DNA from: Macrostomum hystrix
Lineage: Eukaryota; Animalia; Platyhelminthes
DNA length: 64,000 bases
Direction: 5' to 3'
Assembly: GCA_950097015.1 (NCBI GenBank)
Contig: CATNEN010000001.1
Location: forward strand, 13,888,001 to 13,952,000
Numbering within the stretch: position 1 is the first letter of the stretch; the number at the start of each line of letters is the position of its first letter. Of the stretch, positions 34,440-46,200 are shown piece after piece. The position numbers were made by a program, and so were the translations under genes. Below the pieces are notes generated by a model. The model worked only from the letters and a program-made list of their open reading frames with translations, was not told the origin of the DNA and did no database searches.

Positions 34440-35150
34440 CAACCGACCCCAAACACCGACCCGTCATACCCCACCGACCCCTCATACCCCACCGACCCCT
34501 CATACCCACCGACCCCTCATACCCCACCGACCCCTCATACCCCACCGACCCCTCATACCCCACCGACCCTTCATACCCCACCGACCCCTCATAACCCACC
34601 GACCCCTCATACCCCACCGACCCCTCATACCCCACCGACCCCTCATACCCCACCGACCCTTCATACCCCACCGACCCCTCATAACCCACCGACCCCTCAT
34701 ACCCCACCGACCCCTCATACCCCACAGACCCCTCGTACCCCACCGACCCTTATACACCACCGACCCCTCATACCCCACCGACCCCTCATACCCCACCGAC
34801 CCCTCATACCCCAGCGACCCGTCAAACCCCACTGACCCCTCATACCCAACCGACCTTCATACCCCACCGACCTCTCATACCCCAACGACCTCTCATACCC
34901 CACCGACCCCTCATACCCCACCAACCCCTCATACCCCACCGAACCCTCATACCCCACCGACCCCTCATACCTCACCGACCCCTCATACCCCACCGACCCC
35001 TCATACCCCACCGAACCCTCATACCCCACCGACCCCAAACACCGACCCTTCATACCCCACCGACCCTTCATACCCCACCGACCCTTCATACCCCACCGAC
35101 CCTTCATACCCCCCCCGACCCCAAACACCTAGCCCTCATACCCCACCGAC
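34440..35150. repeat. 18-bp C-rich minisatellite (ccccaccgacccctcata)n
   Basis: Direct reading. Confidence 0.95.
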
Positions 35151-35955
35151 CCATCAACGCCGAATCAATACCGATGCACTTTCTCTCCTTTACCAAGTAT
35201 CAGCAGCCTGCATATCGTCGAATGTACAGACACTTGGAATCAACAAAGCTGGACGAATTATTAGTTTGCTTAGCTCAGCGAAATCCAACCGAAAAATTGG
35301 ACATTTATTAGTAGCTGTTTGAAAAAAAAGAATTTAAAAGGCTTTGTACAATGGATGGTTAGCCGTCAGTGAGCGTTTAGGAGAATTGGCCAACTCATGA
35401 GTGCCCATGCGACTACGTGTATTGTCTAACTTAAGAAGGGAGACATAAGAAGGGAGAGAAGGACCGTTTATTGGGAGGATTTGGCCATAGACATTGATGT
35501 TGGAAAAAGGTGAAGGGAAGAGAGAAAGCTCAAGCAACTTACGAATCGTCTGGCTAACCCAATTGGATCTCGAATCTCTCTTTTCGTCCGAGAAGGGGTA
35601 CGAAGGACAACGAATATTTTGTGAACCTCTTGCACCTTCTGGAGAATGGTGATGCTACCGAAGATTTGACTCTACTACATTCTAAAGATAAACCTGAGGA
35701 GGAGGAATAAGTTAATTAACCAACACGAGTGCTTCTGGATATTCAAGAGGCGGTAAAAATGATAAAATTATCCGCCTACCAACAAAGAAGCGAGTGGAGA
35801 TCCTTGTGCAACGTTGCTTTTATGCTGTAGCAACTTATGCGGGAGCAACTAATAAATAAATAATACTTGATTCTTAAAATTGCTACTCTTAGTTACGGCA
35901 TTTAACAAATTCATTATCCTAAGCTGAGATTTTGTACAATGCATCTATTCTCTTT

Positions 35956-38779
35956 TTAAGCCATCGTTTCATGTGAGACACTGGCATTTGAATATCGATC
36001 ATGTTCAGCAGTTTTAAACGGTGTCATCTCAGCTGCCTCGACTTCCGGCTTGTCTGAGTCATCGGGCTGACTGTTGGCCTCCGCATGACGTTCGCCGTCC
36101 CCGCTGGAGCCAGTTCTGTGAGAGCACTTCGCCTTGACTGCGATCGCAACTTTCGCGTACAGCATCTCGACAAACTCGCACAGAGTAAGCACACTGCAGC
36201 CCAGGTAAAGGCCCATGAGACCGCCAATGTCAGACAGGTAGGATGTGCTCGAGTAGGACGCCGTCATCAGCACCCGCCCGGCCAGAGGGCTGTCAACCCG
36301 GATGCTGACCTCAAGCATCGACTCAGAGATGAAGTGGCGCAGGGCCGCCTCAGAGTGAGTCGAATGAATGCCTGCAATCGTGACCAAGATTGTGTAGAGA
36401 CGCATACCGTAGGCTGTCAAAGCAGGCATGGAAGATACAACTCAAGCCAGATTAGTTTGATGATAGCAGAGTTCCTTAGTTTGACTCACCTTCGTCCAAC
36501 TGCCTTGCAATCTTGGCCAGCTGGTAAATCGCCGGCTGCTCCACGGGGTCGGCCTGTTGAAAAGCCACCGAGTAGGACCCCCCGATGGTGGGCCAGTTGT
36601 GAAAAGAAAACGTGGCCAAGTACTTCTGCTGGACGCACGGCTGCTGCCTACTGCAGACTCTGACGGGATCACCAATTTCGTAGGCCTTCGTCAAGTCCTC
36701 CCCGTAGCCCATTGTGCTGCGGTTAATCCTGGCATTCTCTGACAGGTTGCCCCATCGCGGACTGTCTCGAAGTTGCCAGCTGACTGGAAATCCCTGCTGC
36801 AAGTAGCCGCTAACTTTGTGCAGGTGTCGTGCGAACTCGGTGTAGTAGCAAGCGTCGTAGCTGTAGTTGTACTCCGACCTCTGACCAGTGAGATGGTCGA
36901 CAAACTCGGCAGTTTTCAGCAACGGTGAGCAGTGCGTGTTCCACAATTCGTCGCTGTACTTGTGCTCCTCCATGTGCAGGTCAATGTCGTAGGACTTGCC
37001 CGGCGCAAGCAGGAACTTGTTCTCGTGCTCCATTGAGGGGTAAACCCCTTTTGGCACTACCAACATAGTGTAGCCGGAGGCTAATGTCTTGATTACGCCA
37101 GATGGGTACCACAGTCGGAAAGGAATGCTTTCGTTGGTGTTGGGGTTGAAAATCGGTTTGATTGGCACTCCGGTGTATTTGAAGTCCGGAAACACCGGGT
37201 CCGTGAACAGCGCCAGCCGAAGCGTCTCCTGGTTCTGCCTGCGGATCAGTACCTTCCTTTCCAGCTCAGTCAGCACAACCTTGAAGCAGATAATGCTGCC
37301 TGGGAGTACTATCGTTTCGTAGCTGACATCGCCGAAGCTCGATATCATCGGTGTGTAAAATAGTGACTGCTTAGGTCGGTGCATGATGAAGTCCTTCAGT
37401 AGACGAGGTGACAGCGACTGCTGGATAGACCAAACCTTGGTTTTGGAGGACTCGTCAAGACCACTGGCCGAGTACTGTTCATCGAACAGCCTGCTCAGTC
37501 GTTCCACTTCTCGATTGACAATGTCAGCCTTAGTCTGGTTCAGTGCATACGGGAAACTCCCAGAATACGAATTTTTTGGGCAAAAGTACAGATCAGGAAA
37601 CAGGAAAGGCACTTTGTCCATCTGGTACATTCTGACCACTTGAACAGTTCTGACTTTAGCTGTGAGATTCAAAGCGCCCTTGATAAACATGCCAATAGAG
37701 ATGAGCACCATCAGAATCCAAAATATCTTCATGGGAATGCTCTTGGCTTCGGCTGCTCGACGAAGGCCTTGAACAGCACTGCAGGCCACCGTGCTGAGCA
37801 CTGGGTTTGCACCTGCCGGCTCCTCAGGCTGAGCTCCCCCGGCTGCTGGGGGCCTCTGACCGCCTCCGCCCGCGAAACCTCCAAGCTGTCCCAACAGGGA
37901 ACCACCTTGCTGACCTCCTCCCAGCTGTCCGAGCAGTGAGCTACCGAGCTGTCCAGCGAGTGACCCACCTTGCTGACCTCCTCCCAGCTGTCCGAGCAGT
38001 GAGCTACCGAGCTGTCCAGCGAGTGACCCACCTTGCTGACCTCCTCCCAGCTGTCCGAGCAGTGAGCTACCGAGCTGTCCAGCGAGTGACCCACCTTGCT
38101 GACCTCCTCCCAGCTGTCCGAGCAGTGAGCTACCGAGCTGTCCAGCGAGTGACCCGCCTTGCTGACCTCCTCCCAGCTGTCCGAGCAGTGAGCTACCGAG
38201 CTGTCCAGCGAGTGACCCACCTTGCTGACCTCCTCCCAGCTGTCCGAGCAGTGAGCTACCGAGCTGTCCAGCGAGTGACCCGCCTTGCTGACCTCCTCCC
38301 AGCTGTCCGAGCAGTGAGCTGCCGAGCTGTCCAGCCAGGGCACCGCTTTGGTTTTCTTGATCGCCTAGTTGACCAACCAGAGAGCTACCCAACTGTCCAA
38401 CAATGGACGAACCGCCTTGCTTTTTCTTACCTAGCTTTCTAGCCAATGAGCCACCAAACTCTCCCGCCAACGAACAGGTTTGCTGTCCCTGTTGACCACC
38501 GAGTTGACCTGCCAGCGAGCTTCCAAGCTGACCCACTGGAGACCCACCTTGCTCAGCTCCCTGACCCACCAGCGAGCTTCCAAGCTGACCCACTAGAGAA
38601 CCGCAAATCTGACTTTGACCATCGAAGAAGACTCCACCGCCGACCGCCGGCCCACCTGGCTGCTCGTTGGCCAGCCTAGTCAGCTGATCGCTGACAAATT
38701 TCTTCGCGCCCGATGAAATACGCTTGCCGCGACTCCGCTTTGACGATGACGAAGAAGCTTTCTGCTGAGCACTGGACAT
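35956..38779 (-). CDS. DEG/ENaC (ASIC-family) sodium channel, ~915 aa; exons 38779-36490 and 36413-35956
   Basis: TM1 KIFWILMVLISIGMFI, FPDLYFC motif, Cys-rich thumb (YSYDAC...PC), TM2 LSDIGGLMGLYLGCSVLTLCE; 76-bp phase-1 gtgagt..ttgacag intron. Confidence 0.92.
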
Positions 38780-39583
38780 CAGCTGGGCTGTGCAGCACAG
38801 TTTGAGGTAGCTTGCTTATTTCAGTGTTGGCGAATTGAAATGCTTTATACCGTGTTTTAATATGAAACATACCTTTCGAAATACTAAATTTGTATTTACT
38901 CGTAGTTTCAAAATCCAAGAACTTGTGTATTTTGGCCGAGCTCCTGCTTGGATAGTGGTACTTTATAGTACACGAGCCAGAGAGTAACGTATTTAGCAAG
39001 TACTGGTAGGGATATGCTCTATAAGGAATAAAAAATAGCATTTTTTCCCATACAGTTTTTCCCAACTCATTACAGACTTTACAGCTGGTGCAAAAAAGAC
39101 ATTTAGGGTCCGCATTGGCCAGAAAGCACACTGGCCAACTACTTTTCTAAGCAGCTTATAAATATAAAGCTCGTGCGCTTATTGTGTCTCAACTCTATCA
39201 GAACCATAGTGTGCTTTAAGCATAAAATTATTAAACGAGTAGACAAAGCACAACTTAAAAAGGATTAGGGGATTTGGATGGCCGTACAGTAATATCGCTC
39301 GCTTGAATGGAAATGCCAGAAGTACACTCATCTGCACCAGGCTATTGCGAAAATTGGACTGAATGCTCTCCTATTGGTCCAAGAACCATTAAATTGTATG
39401 TCATAATCCCACTGTCTGTTACCGTCTTACAAGTTGCGCGTTGTAGACAGGTTGCGTTGTCTATTGACGGTTGATTATACTGCATGTCTTGCCATGCAGT
39501 GAGCTAACTTATGCATTTTTTGAAACGTCCGTAAGCGCAGTACAGTAGAATTCTTTCGACGGCCAAGATGAAATTATTTCTTA

Positions 39584-39919
39584 ATCTACAAATGGATGGC
39601 ATCAAAGGGCGAGCGTCTACACGTGCACGCATTTAATTTGCGGCATCCGCGGGGCTCCATGAGAGGAGAGGTACAAGGAAACTATCAGAGTCTCACCTGC
39701 CCAAGCCGTAGGAACTGCGAGAGCGTAGTTAACTATAAGAGGGCCGAGGCGAAATGGATCTACAAATGGATGGCATCAAAGGGCGAGCGTCTACACGTGC
39801 ACGCATTTAATTTGCGGCATCCGCGGGGCTCCATGAGAGGAGAGGTACAAGGAAACTATCAGAGTCTCACCTGCCCAAACCGTAGGAACTGCGAGAGCGT
39901 AGTTAACTATAAGAGGGCC
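39584..39919. repeat. 174-bp tandem duplication (~1.9 copies)
   Basis: Second unit starts at 39758; nearly identical. Confidence 0.95.
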
Positions 39920-40940
39920 TGCTCTGCGAGCAGCAAAAACTCTCTTTTAAACCGGCTGCAGAAATATGCTTAGGCATGGATAAGATGACCTGGTTGCTGG
40001 TCACTGGTCTCACTAAGCAATCGATCAGATCAATCCGATATTCAGAATGTTTCTGTCATCCTGTCCATTATTTTGCAAAACTCGTGACTCTTGCATCTTA
40101 TTTAGAGCTCTGCGCCGCAAATAACAAGAAATCTGACAAAGCGTGAATAATTTTCCGGCTTTTCTCAGCCACGTGCTGTTGTCACGTTGTCTAGCCTTCT
40201 ACTATGATACGACATGATAAGACTAAGATTAAGAAAACAGAAATCAGCAGAGCAAGGCTTAGACTCTTCGTTCAGACGAAGATATAAAAAGCTAAGGCAC
40301 CAACCTTAACATTATCTTACATGTCTATTTAATAACCATTTTCAGTCGAATACTCACCAACAAAAGCGAAAGCACTTGAAACGATCTGGGCTTTTAATGT
40401 AAAACAGTAACAGTAGGCCTAATTAATATTTCGCCTCGACCAATATTTATATGCATAGTTACAATGTCAATAGCTAAGTTTGGCTATGGTAACATGGTTT
40501 CCAGCTATATTTTATCTGTATTTCCATGTGCTTGAAGTTGATGTAATAATAGGCCCTAATCTAACATTTTACCTGTTGCATCTTGCATGTAGGCCCTAGT
40601 TAGTATTAGGCCTAATGTGCCAGCACAGTGACACATGCAGGAAAAGCTAGGGCCTAAGATGGCTGGAGTCAGTGACATTGTTTGGCCTAAATATGTGACA
40701 ATAGGCCTATGAGACAGCAGATTTCACAAAGCAAAAATGGGCAATGTTCTACTTCCATTCGTTAGGCCCTATAAATTATTTTTTGCTTGAATTCGTGCCA
40801 CATGTGCATTCTGAGTTTGAAAAAGTTGTGCTGACGTGGCTTTGCTGTGACTTGACACTTGGATCTATGTCTATGGCAAAATCTGGCAAATATGGGGGAA
40901 CAGGAAGCTAAGGCACAGAAATTCTGCAGCTGAAGATTTT

Positions 40941-41076
40941 GCGAAGGCCAAAATGCATCAAATGCATGGCATGATTGCTGCTCTATTCAAAAGCCACCTC
41001 GAAGAATTATTATGGCGCCGTCTATACCCAAAGAATAGCTTCGGTGCCCTCCTCTAATGGATTAGGCACTTACCTG
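40941..41076 (+). pseudogene. Decayed Merlin/IS1595-like transposase C-terminal fragment
   Basis: AKAKMHQMHG...SHLEELLWRR...FGALL*WI...P resembles the ISXO2-like C-terminal motif. Confidence 0.5.
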
Positions 41077-41689
41077 GTTTGAAAGAAGAAAGACTGACCA
41101 AGAATTTTCAGAACTGTCTGACCAAACTACTGACTTTTTGTTACAATTAAACTTGTTTTTTGTCATTATCTGTCATTTGCAAACAAAAAAATAATGTGCT
41201 AGGCCTAGGGCTAATTTAATCCTACTGCTATTACCAAAGTTGTTGTAGTGCTTACAATCGATTCTTGATACTATATTTTATATCAATCTTATGAATGTCT
41301 AAGTTACTTATTTGCTTTATGCACTTCTTATTTCAATTCAAATTGGTAATGTTTATGTATTCAATATGGTAGCGTTTATACTTTTAATATGGCCGGTATC
41401 TGTCCTCTATATTCACTTCTACTTAGGCCCTATAACTTTACTGTATTATTTCTATAAGTACTTTTTATCAGTCTTTATCAGTCTTTTATCACTCTTTTTT
41501 CGTCTTTATCAGTATTTATCACTCTTCAATTACTCTTCAGTTATCTTTAGTTCAATCTTCTATTTAATCTTCAGTCCATCCTTGGGCTTTACCAGTGGAT
41601 CTAGAGTTACAGCTTCTCTTCACTCTATTTACTTCTCTTTCGCAATGTCTCTTTCTCAAATAACTTCAATATGAACATCTTTGAAATAC

Positions 41690-42270
41690 TTCTTTTAGAT
41701 GACTGAGATGTTCTTCAAAAGTCTTAGAGTAAGTCACTATGTTGTCAATGTAAGACATGGCAAACTTATGCTGAATGCCAGTTAAGACTAGATTCATCAA
41801 TCTTTGAAATGTACCGGGCGCATTGGAAGTCCTTGTGCCATAACTTGATATTCAAATTGGCCTCTCGTTAACGTGGGAAATGCTGTCATGTACTTATGTT
41901 CCTCCTTTATGGGAACTTGCCAATAACCTGAATTAAGGTCAAGGCTGCTGAAGTACTGGCTTCCGGTTAGATGTGAGAATGTCTCCTGGATGTTCGGTAG
42001 AGGATATGGATAATAATTCACTCTTGAGTTTAGAACTCGAAAATCACAGACAATTCTGATAGTTCCATCCTTCTTAGGTATGATAACCAATGGTGTTGAA
42101 TAGGTACTATAGCTTGGTCTTATCAAATTCTTAGCGAGCATGTCATCTAATTGATCATCCACTTGTTTTTTGCAAATGCGGTGGAATCTGTCTGGTAGGA
42201 ATCCAAACCGGTGTGGTGTCTGTGTTCTTTTACCAACTCGATAACTTGGTCTTTCTGTTTGTCAGTCAGA
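41690..42270 (-). pseudogene. Degenerate Ty3/gypsy reverse transcriptase fragment
   Basis: IRPSYSTYSTP...KKDGTIRIVCDFRVLN...FSSLDLNSGYWQV...YIDN. Confidence 0.9.
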
Positions 42271-43250
42271 TTAATAATAATAAATATAAAAACCAAAACA
42301 TTAAAAGTTTTACAGGCTTAGTAAGGCAATCAACCTTAGGGTTTGGACTATATCTGTGTGATTATTAATGATTTATTAATAAATTTAACACTAAGATAAA
42401 AAATAAACTAGGAAAAGTTATGATTATGGATATTTAATGTCTGTTTTCTAATGACTAGATAATGATGGGTGCTGGACTGGTCACCGTCAACTGCCATTTT
42501 GTCAAATGGTCATCAACAGGACTCATTCCTGTATTTGGTCACTTCATCAACTAGCCAATTGGGCCATCTCAAACTCTGGTCACTTTGTAAAGTAGCCAGT
42601 TATGTAGTTACTATATAGACACTATATAGGCCCTATTGCTATACATACTATAGGCAGCAGGCTTACTGTATACTTAGTCTGGACATGAGGTGCAAAGTAA
42701 AATGTGGCGGTTTGTAGTTGAGAGCAAAAATGTATAGGCATCAAAGACTTAGATATATATTTGCTTTTGTTTAATTGCATATTAATTGAGTTCATTTATA
42801 GTGCCCACACAATGGGCTAAGATAGATTATAATCAGACATGAACATATATGTCCAATGAGTAATAGCTAAATGTTTAGCTTATTTGGATGGCCCTTAACT
42901 TAGTTAGTTTAATTATATCTTAAATTAATTATTTTTAATTTTTTGTTATAAATAACACCCCTTATATAATTATTTGTTTGCTTTCAAAGGTAGCATTAGC
43001 AAGGGCCACCACTCCAACCCAAATTTCCATATTTTCTAGGACACATTATATTCTATAGGCTAAGATTTTAATTCCCCAATTCTTTAAGTCCAAATTCTTT
43101 ATTAGTAACTAGTTTTTTAAAATATTTTTTATAACAAGAATATTACTTATCAAAGATTGCAAATGAGTTGCTTTGTTTTTTTAAATGATTTAAATGAACT
43201 CTTGTTGAAACAAATTCTAGTTACAAGGATCTACTGTGCAATAAAAGCAA

Positions 43251-46200
43251 ATGGATGCAGATCCATTAGATAGTTCTGCACAGGCAGTGCCGGGCCCTGA
43301 TTCAGATGCGGCATCTACAAAGCCCAAGGGTACAGATAGCCTGATAGCCCGTAAGCGAGCTATGATTGCTAGCCTAGTAGCTAACATACCACCGCCTCGC
43401 CTCAGCACTGGAGATGCCAGCGGCTTCATTGATCTGTCCCTGTCGCCAGACAAAGCAGTTAAGTCAGCATTGGCCAGCTTAGCAGCCAATCCAACTGACG
43501 AGGATCCAGAGGCCAAGGCAAAGGCTGAGTTTATGCATAGATTTCAGCGGCATGCTGCTGTTCCCAATGATCCCCGACAGCTGCAGCACTCACACTCTAG
43601 GGACTTTCAGGTGCGGCATGCTGTGTATTTATTCAATCCTATCTACCCAATTACTGTCTACTCAGCTCCTAATAATATTAATTATAATAGTTGCAGGAGG
43701 GAGTGGGCAATGGCACATCATTTGGGGACACTAGACCCGCAGCCAGCGAGGAGGCAATTCTGCCCATTTTGCTGTCTATATCTCACACGCACACAGATAC
43801 TGTACGCAGGCATACGCTACCCAATTCGCAATCCTACCTGCCCAATTCGCAATTCTACCTACCCAATTCGCAATCCTACCTGCCCAATTCGCAATTCTAC
43901 CTGCCCAATTCGCAATTCTACCTACCCAATTCGCTATCCTATCAACCCAATTCGCAATCCTACCTCCCCAATTCGCAATCCTACCTGCCCAATTCGCAAT
44001 TCTACCTGCCCAATTCGCAATTCTACCTGCCCAATTCGCAATCCTACCTACCCAATTCGCAATCCTACCTACCCAATTCGCAATCCTACCTACCCAATTC
44101 GCTATCCTACCTCCCCAATTCGCAATCCTACCTCCCCAATTCGCAATCCTACCTGCCCAATTCGCAATTCTACCTGCCCAATTCGCAATCCTACCTCCCC
44201 AATTCGCAATCCTACCTGCCCAATTCGCAATCCTACCTCCCCAATTCGCAATCCTACCTGCCCAATTCGCAATTCTACCTGCCCAATTCGCAATTCTACC
44301 TACCCAATTCGCTATCCTATCAACCCAATTCGCAATCCTACCTCCCCAATTCGCAATCCTACCTGCCCAATTCGCAATTCTACCTGCCCAATTCGCAATC
44401 CTACCTACCCAATTCGCAATCCTACCTACCCAATTCGCAATCCTACCTACCCAATTCGCTATCCTACCTCCCCAATTCGCAATCCTACCTCCCCAATTCG
44501 CAATCCTACCTGCCCAATTCGCAATTCTACCTGCCCAATTCGCAATCCTACCTGCCCAATTCGCAATTCTACCTGCCCAATTCGCAATTCTACCTGCCCA
44601 ATTCGCAATTCTACCTACCCAATTCGCTATCCTATCAACCCAATTCGCAATCCTATCAACCCAATTCGCAATCCTACCTGCCCAATTCGCAATCCTACCT
44701 ACCCAATTCGCAATCCTAACTGCCCAATTCGCAATCCTACCTGCCCAATTCGCAATCCTACCTGCCCAATTCGCAATTCTACCTACCCAATTTGCAATCC
44801 TACCTGCCCAATTCGCAATCCTACCTGCCCAATTCGCAATCCTACCTGCCCAATTCGCAAGCCTACCTCCCCAATTCGCAATCCTACCTACCCAATTCAC
44901 AATCCTACCTGCCCAATTCGCAATTCTACCTGCCCAATTCGCAATCCTACCTACCCAATTCGCAATCCTACCTACCCAATTCGCTATCCTATCAACCCAA
45001 TTCGCAATCCTACCTGCCCAATTCGCAATTCTACCTACCCAATTCGCTATCCTATCAACCCAATTCGCAATCCTACCTCCCCAATTCGCAATTCTACCTG
45101 CCCAATTCGCAATCCTACCTGCCCAATTCGCAATCCTACCTACCCAATTCGCAATCCTACCTACCCAATTCGCTATCCTACCTCCCCAATTCGCAATCCT
45201 ACCTCCCCAATTCGCAATCCTACATGCCCAATTCGCAATCCTACCTACCCAATTCGCAATCCTACCTGCCCAATTCGCAATTCTACCTACCCAATTTGCA
45301 ATCCTACCTGCCCAATTCGCAATCCAACCTCCCCAATTCGCATTCCAACCTCCCCAATTCGCAATCCTACCTGCCCAATTCGCAATTCTACCTGCCCAAT
45401 TCGCAATCCTACCTGCCCAATTCGCAATTCTACCTGCCCAATTCGCAATTCTACCTGCCCAATTCGCAATTCTACCTACCCAATTCGCTATCCTATCAAC
45501 CCAATTCGCAATCCTATCAACCCAATTCGCAATCCTACCTGCCCAATTCGCAATTCTACCTGCCCAATTCGCAATTCTAACTGCCCAATTCGCAATCCTA
45601 CCTGCCCAATTCGCAATTCTACCTACCCAATTCGCAATCCTACCTGCCCAATTCGCAATTCTACCTGCCCAATTCGCAATCCTACCTACCCAATTCGCAA
45701 TCCTAACTGCCCAATTCGCAATCCTACCTGCCCAATTCGCAATCCTACCTGCCCAATTCGCAATTCTACCTACCCAATTTGCAATCCTACCTGCCCAATT
45801 CGCAATCCTACCTGCCCAATTCGCAATCCTACCTGCCCAATTCGCAAGCCTACCTCCCCAATTCGCAATCCTACCTACCCAATTCACAATCCTACCTGCC
45901 CAATTCGCAATTCTACCTGCCCAATTCGCAATCCTACCTACCCAATTCGCAATCCTACCTACCCAATTCGCTATCCTATCAACCCAATTCGCAATCCTAC
46001 CTGCCCAATTCGCAATTCTACCTACCCAATTCGCTATCCTATCAACCCAATTCGCAATCCTACCTCCCCAATTCGCAATTCTACCTGCCCAATTCGCAAT
46101 CCTACCTGCCCAATTCGCAATCCTACCTACCCAATTCGCAATCCTACCTACCCAATTCGCTATCCTACCTCCCCAATTCGCAATCCTACCTCCCCAATTC

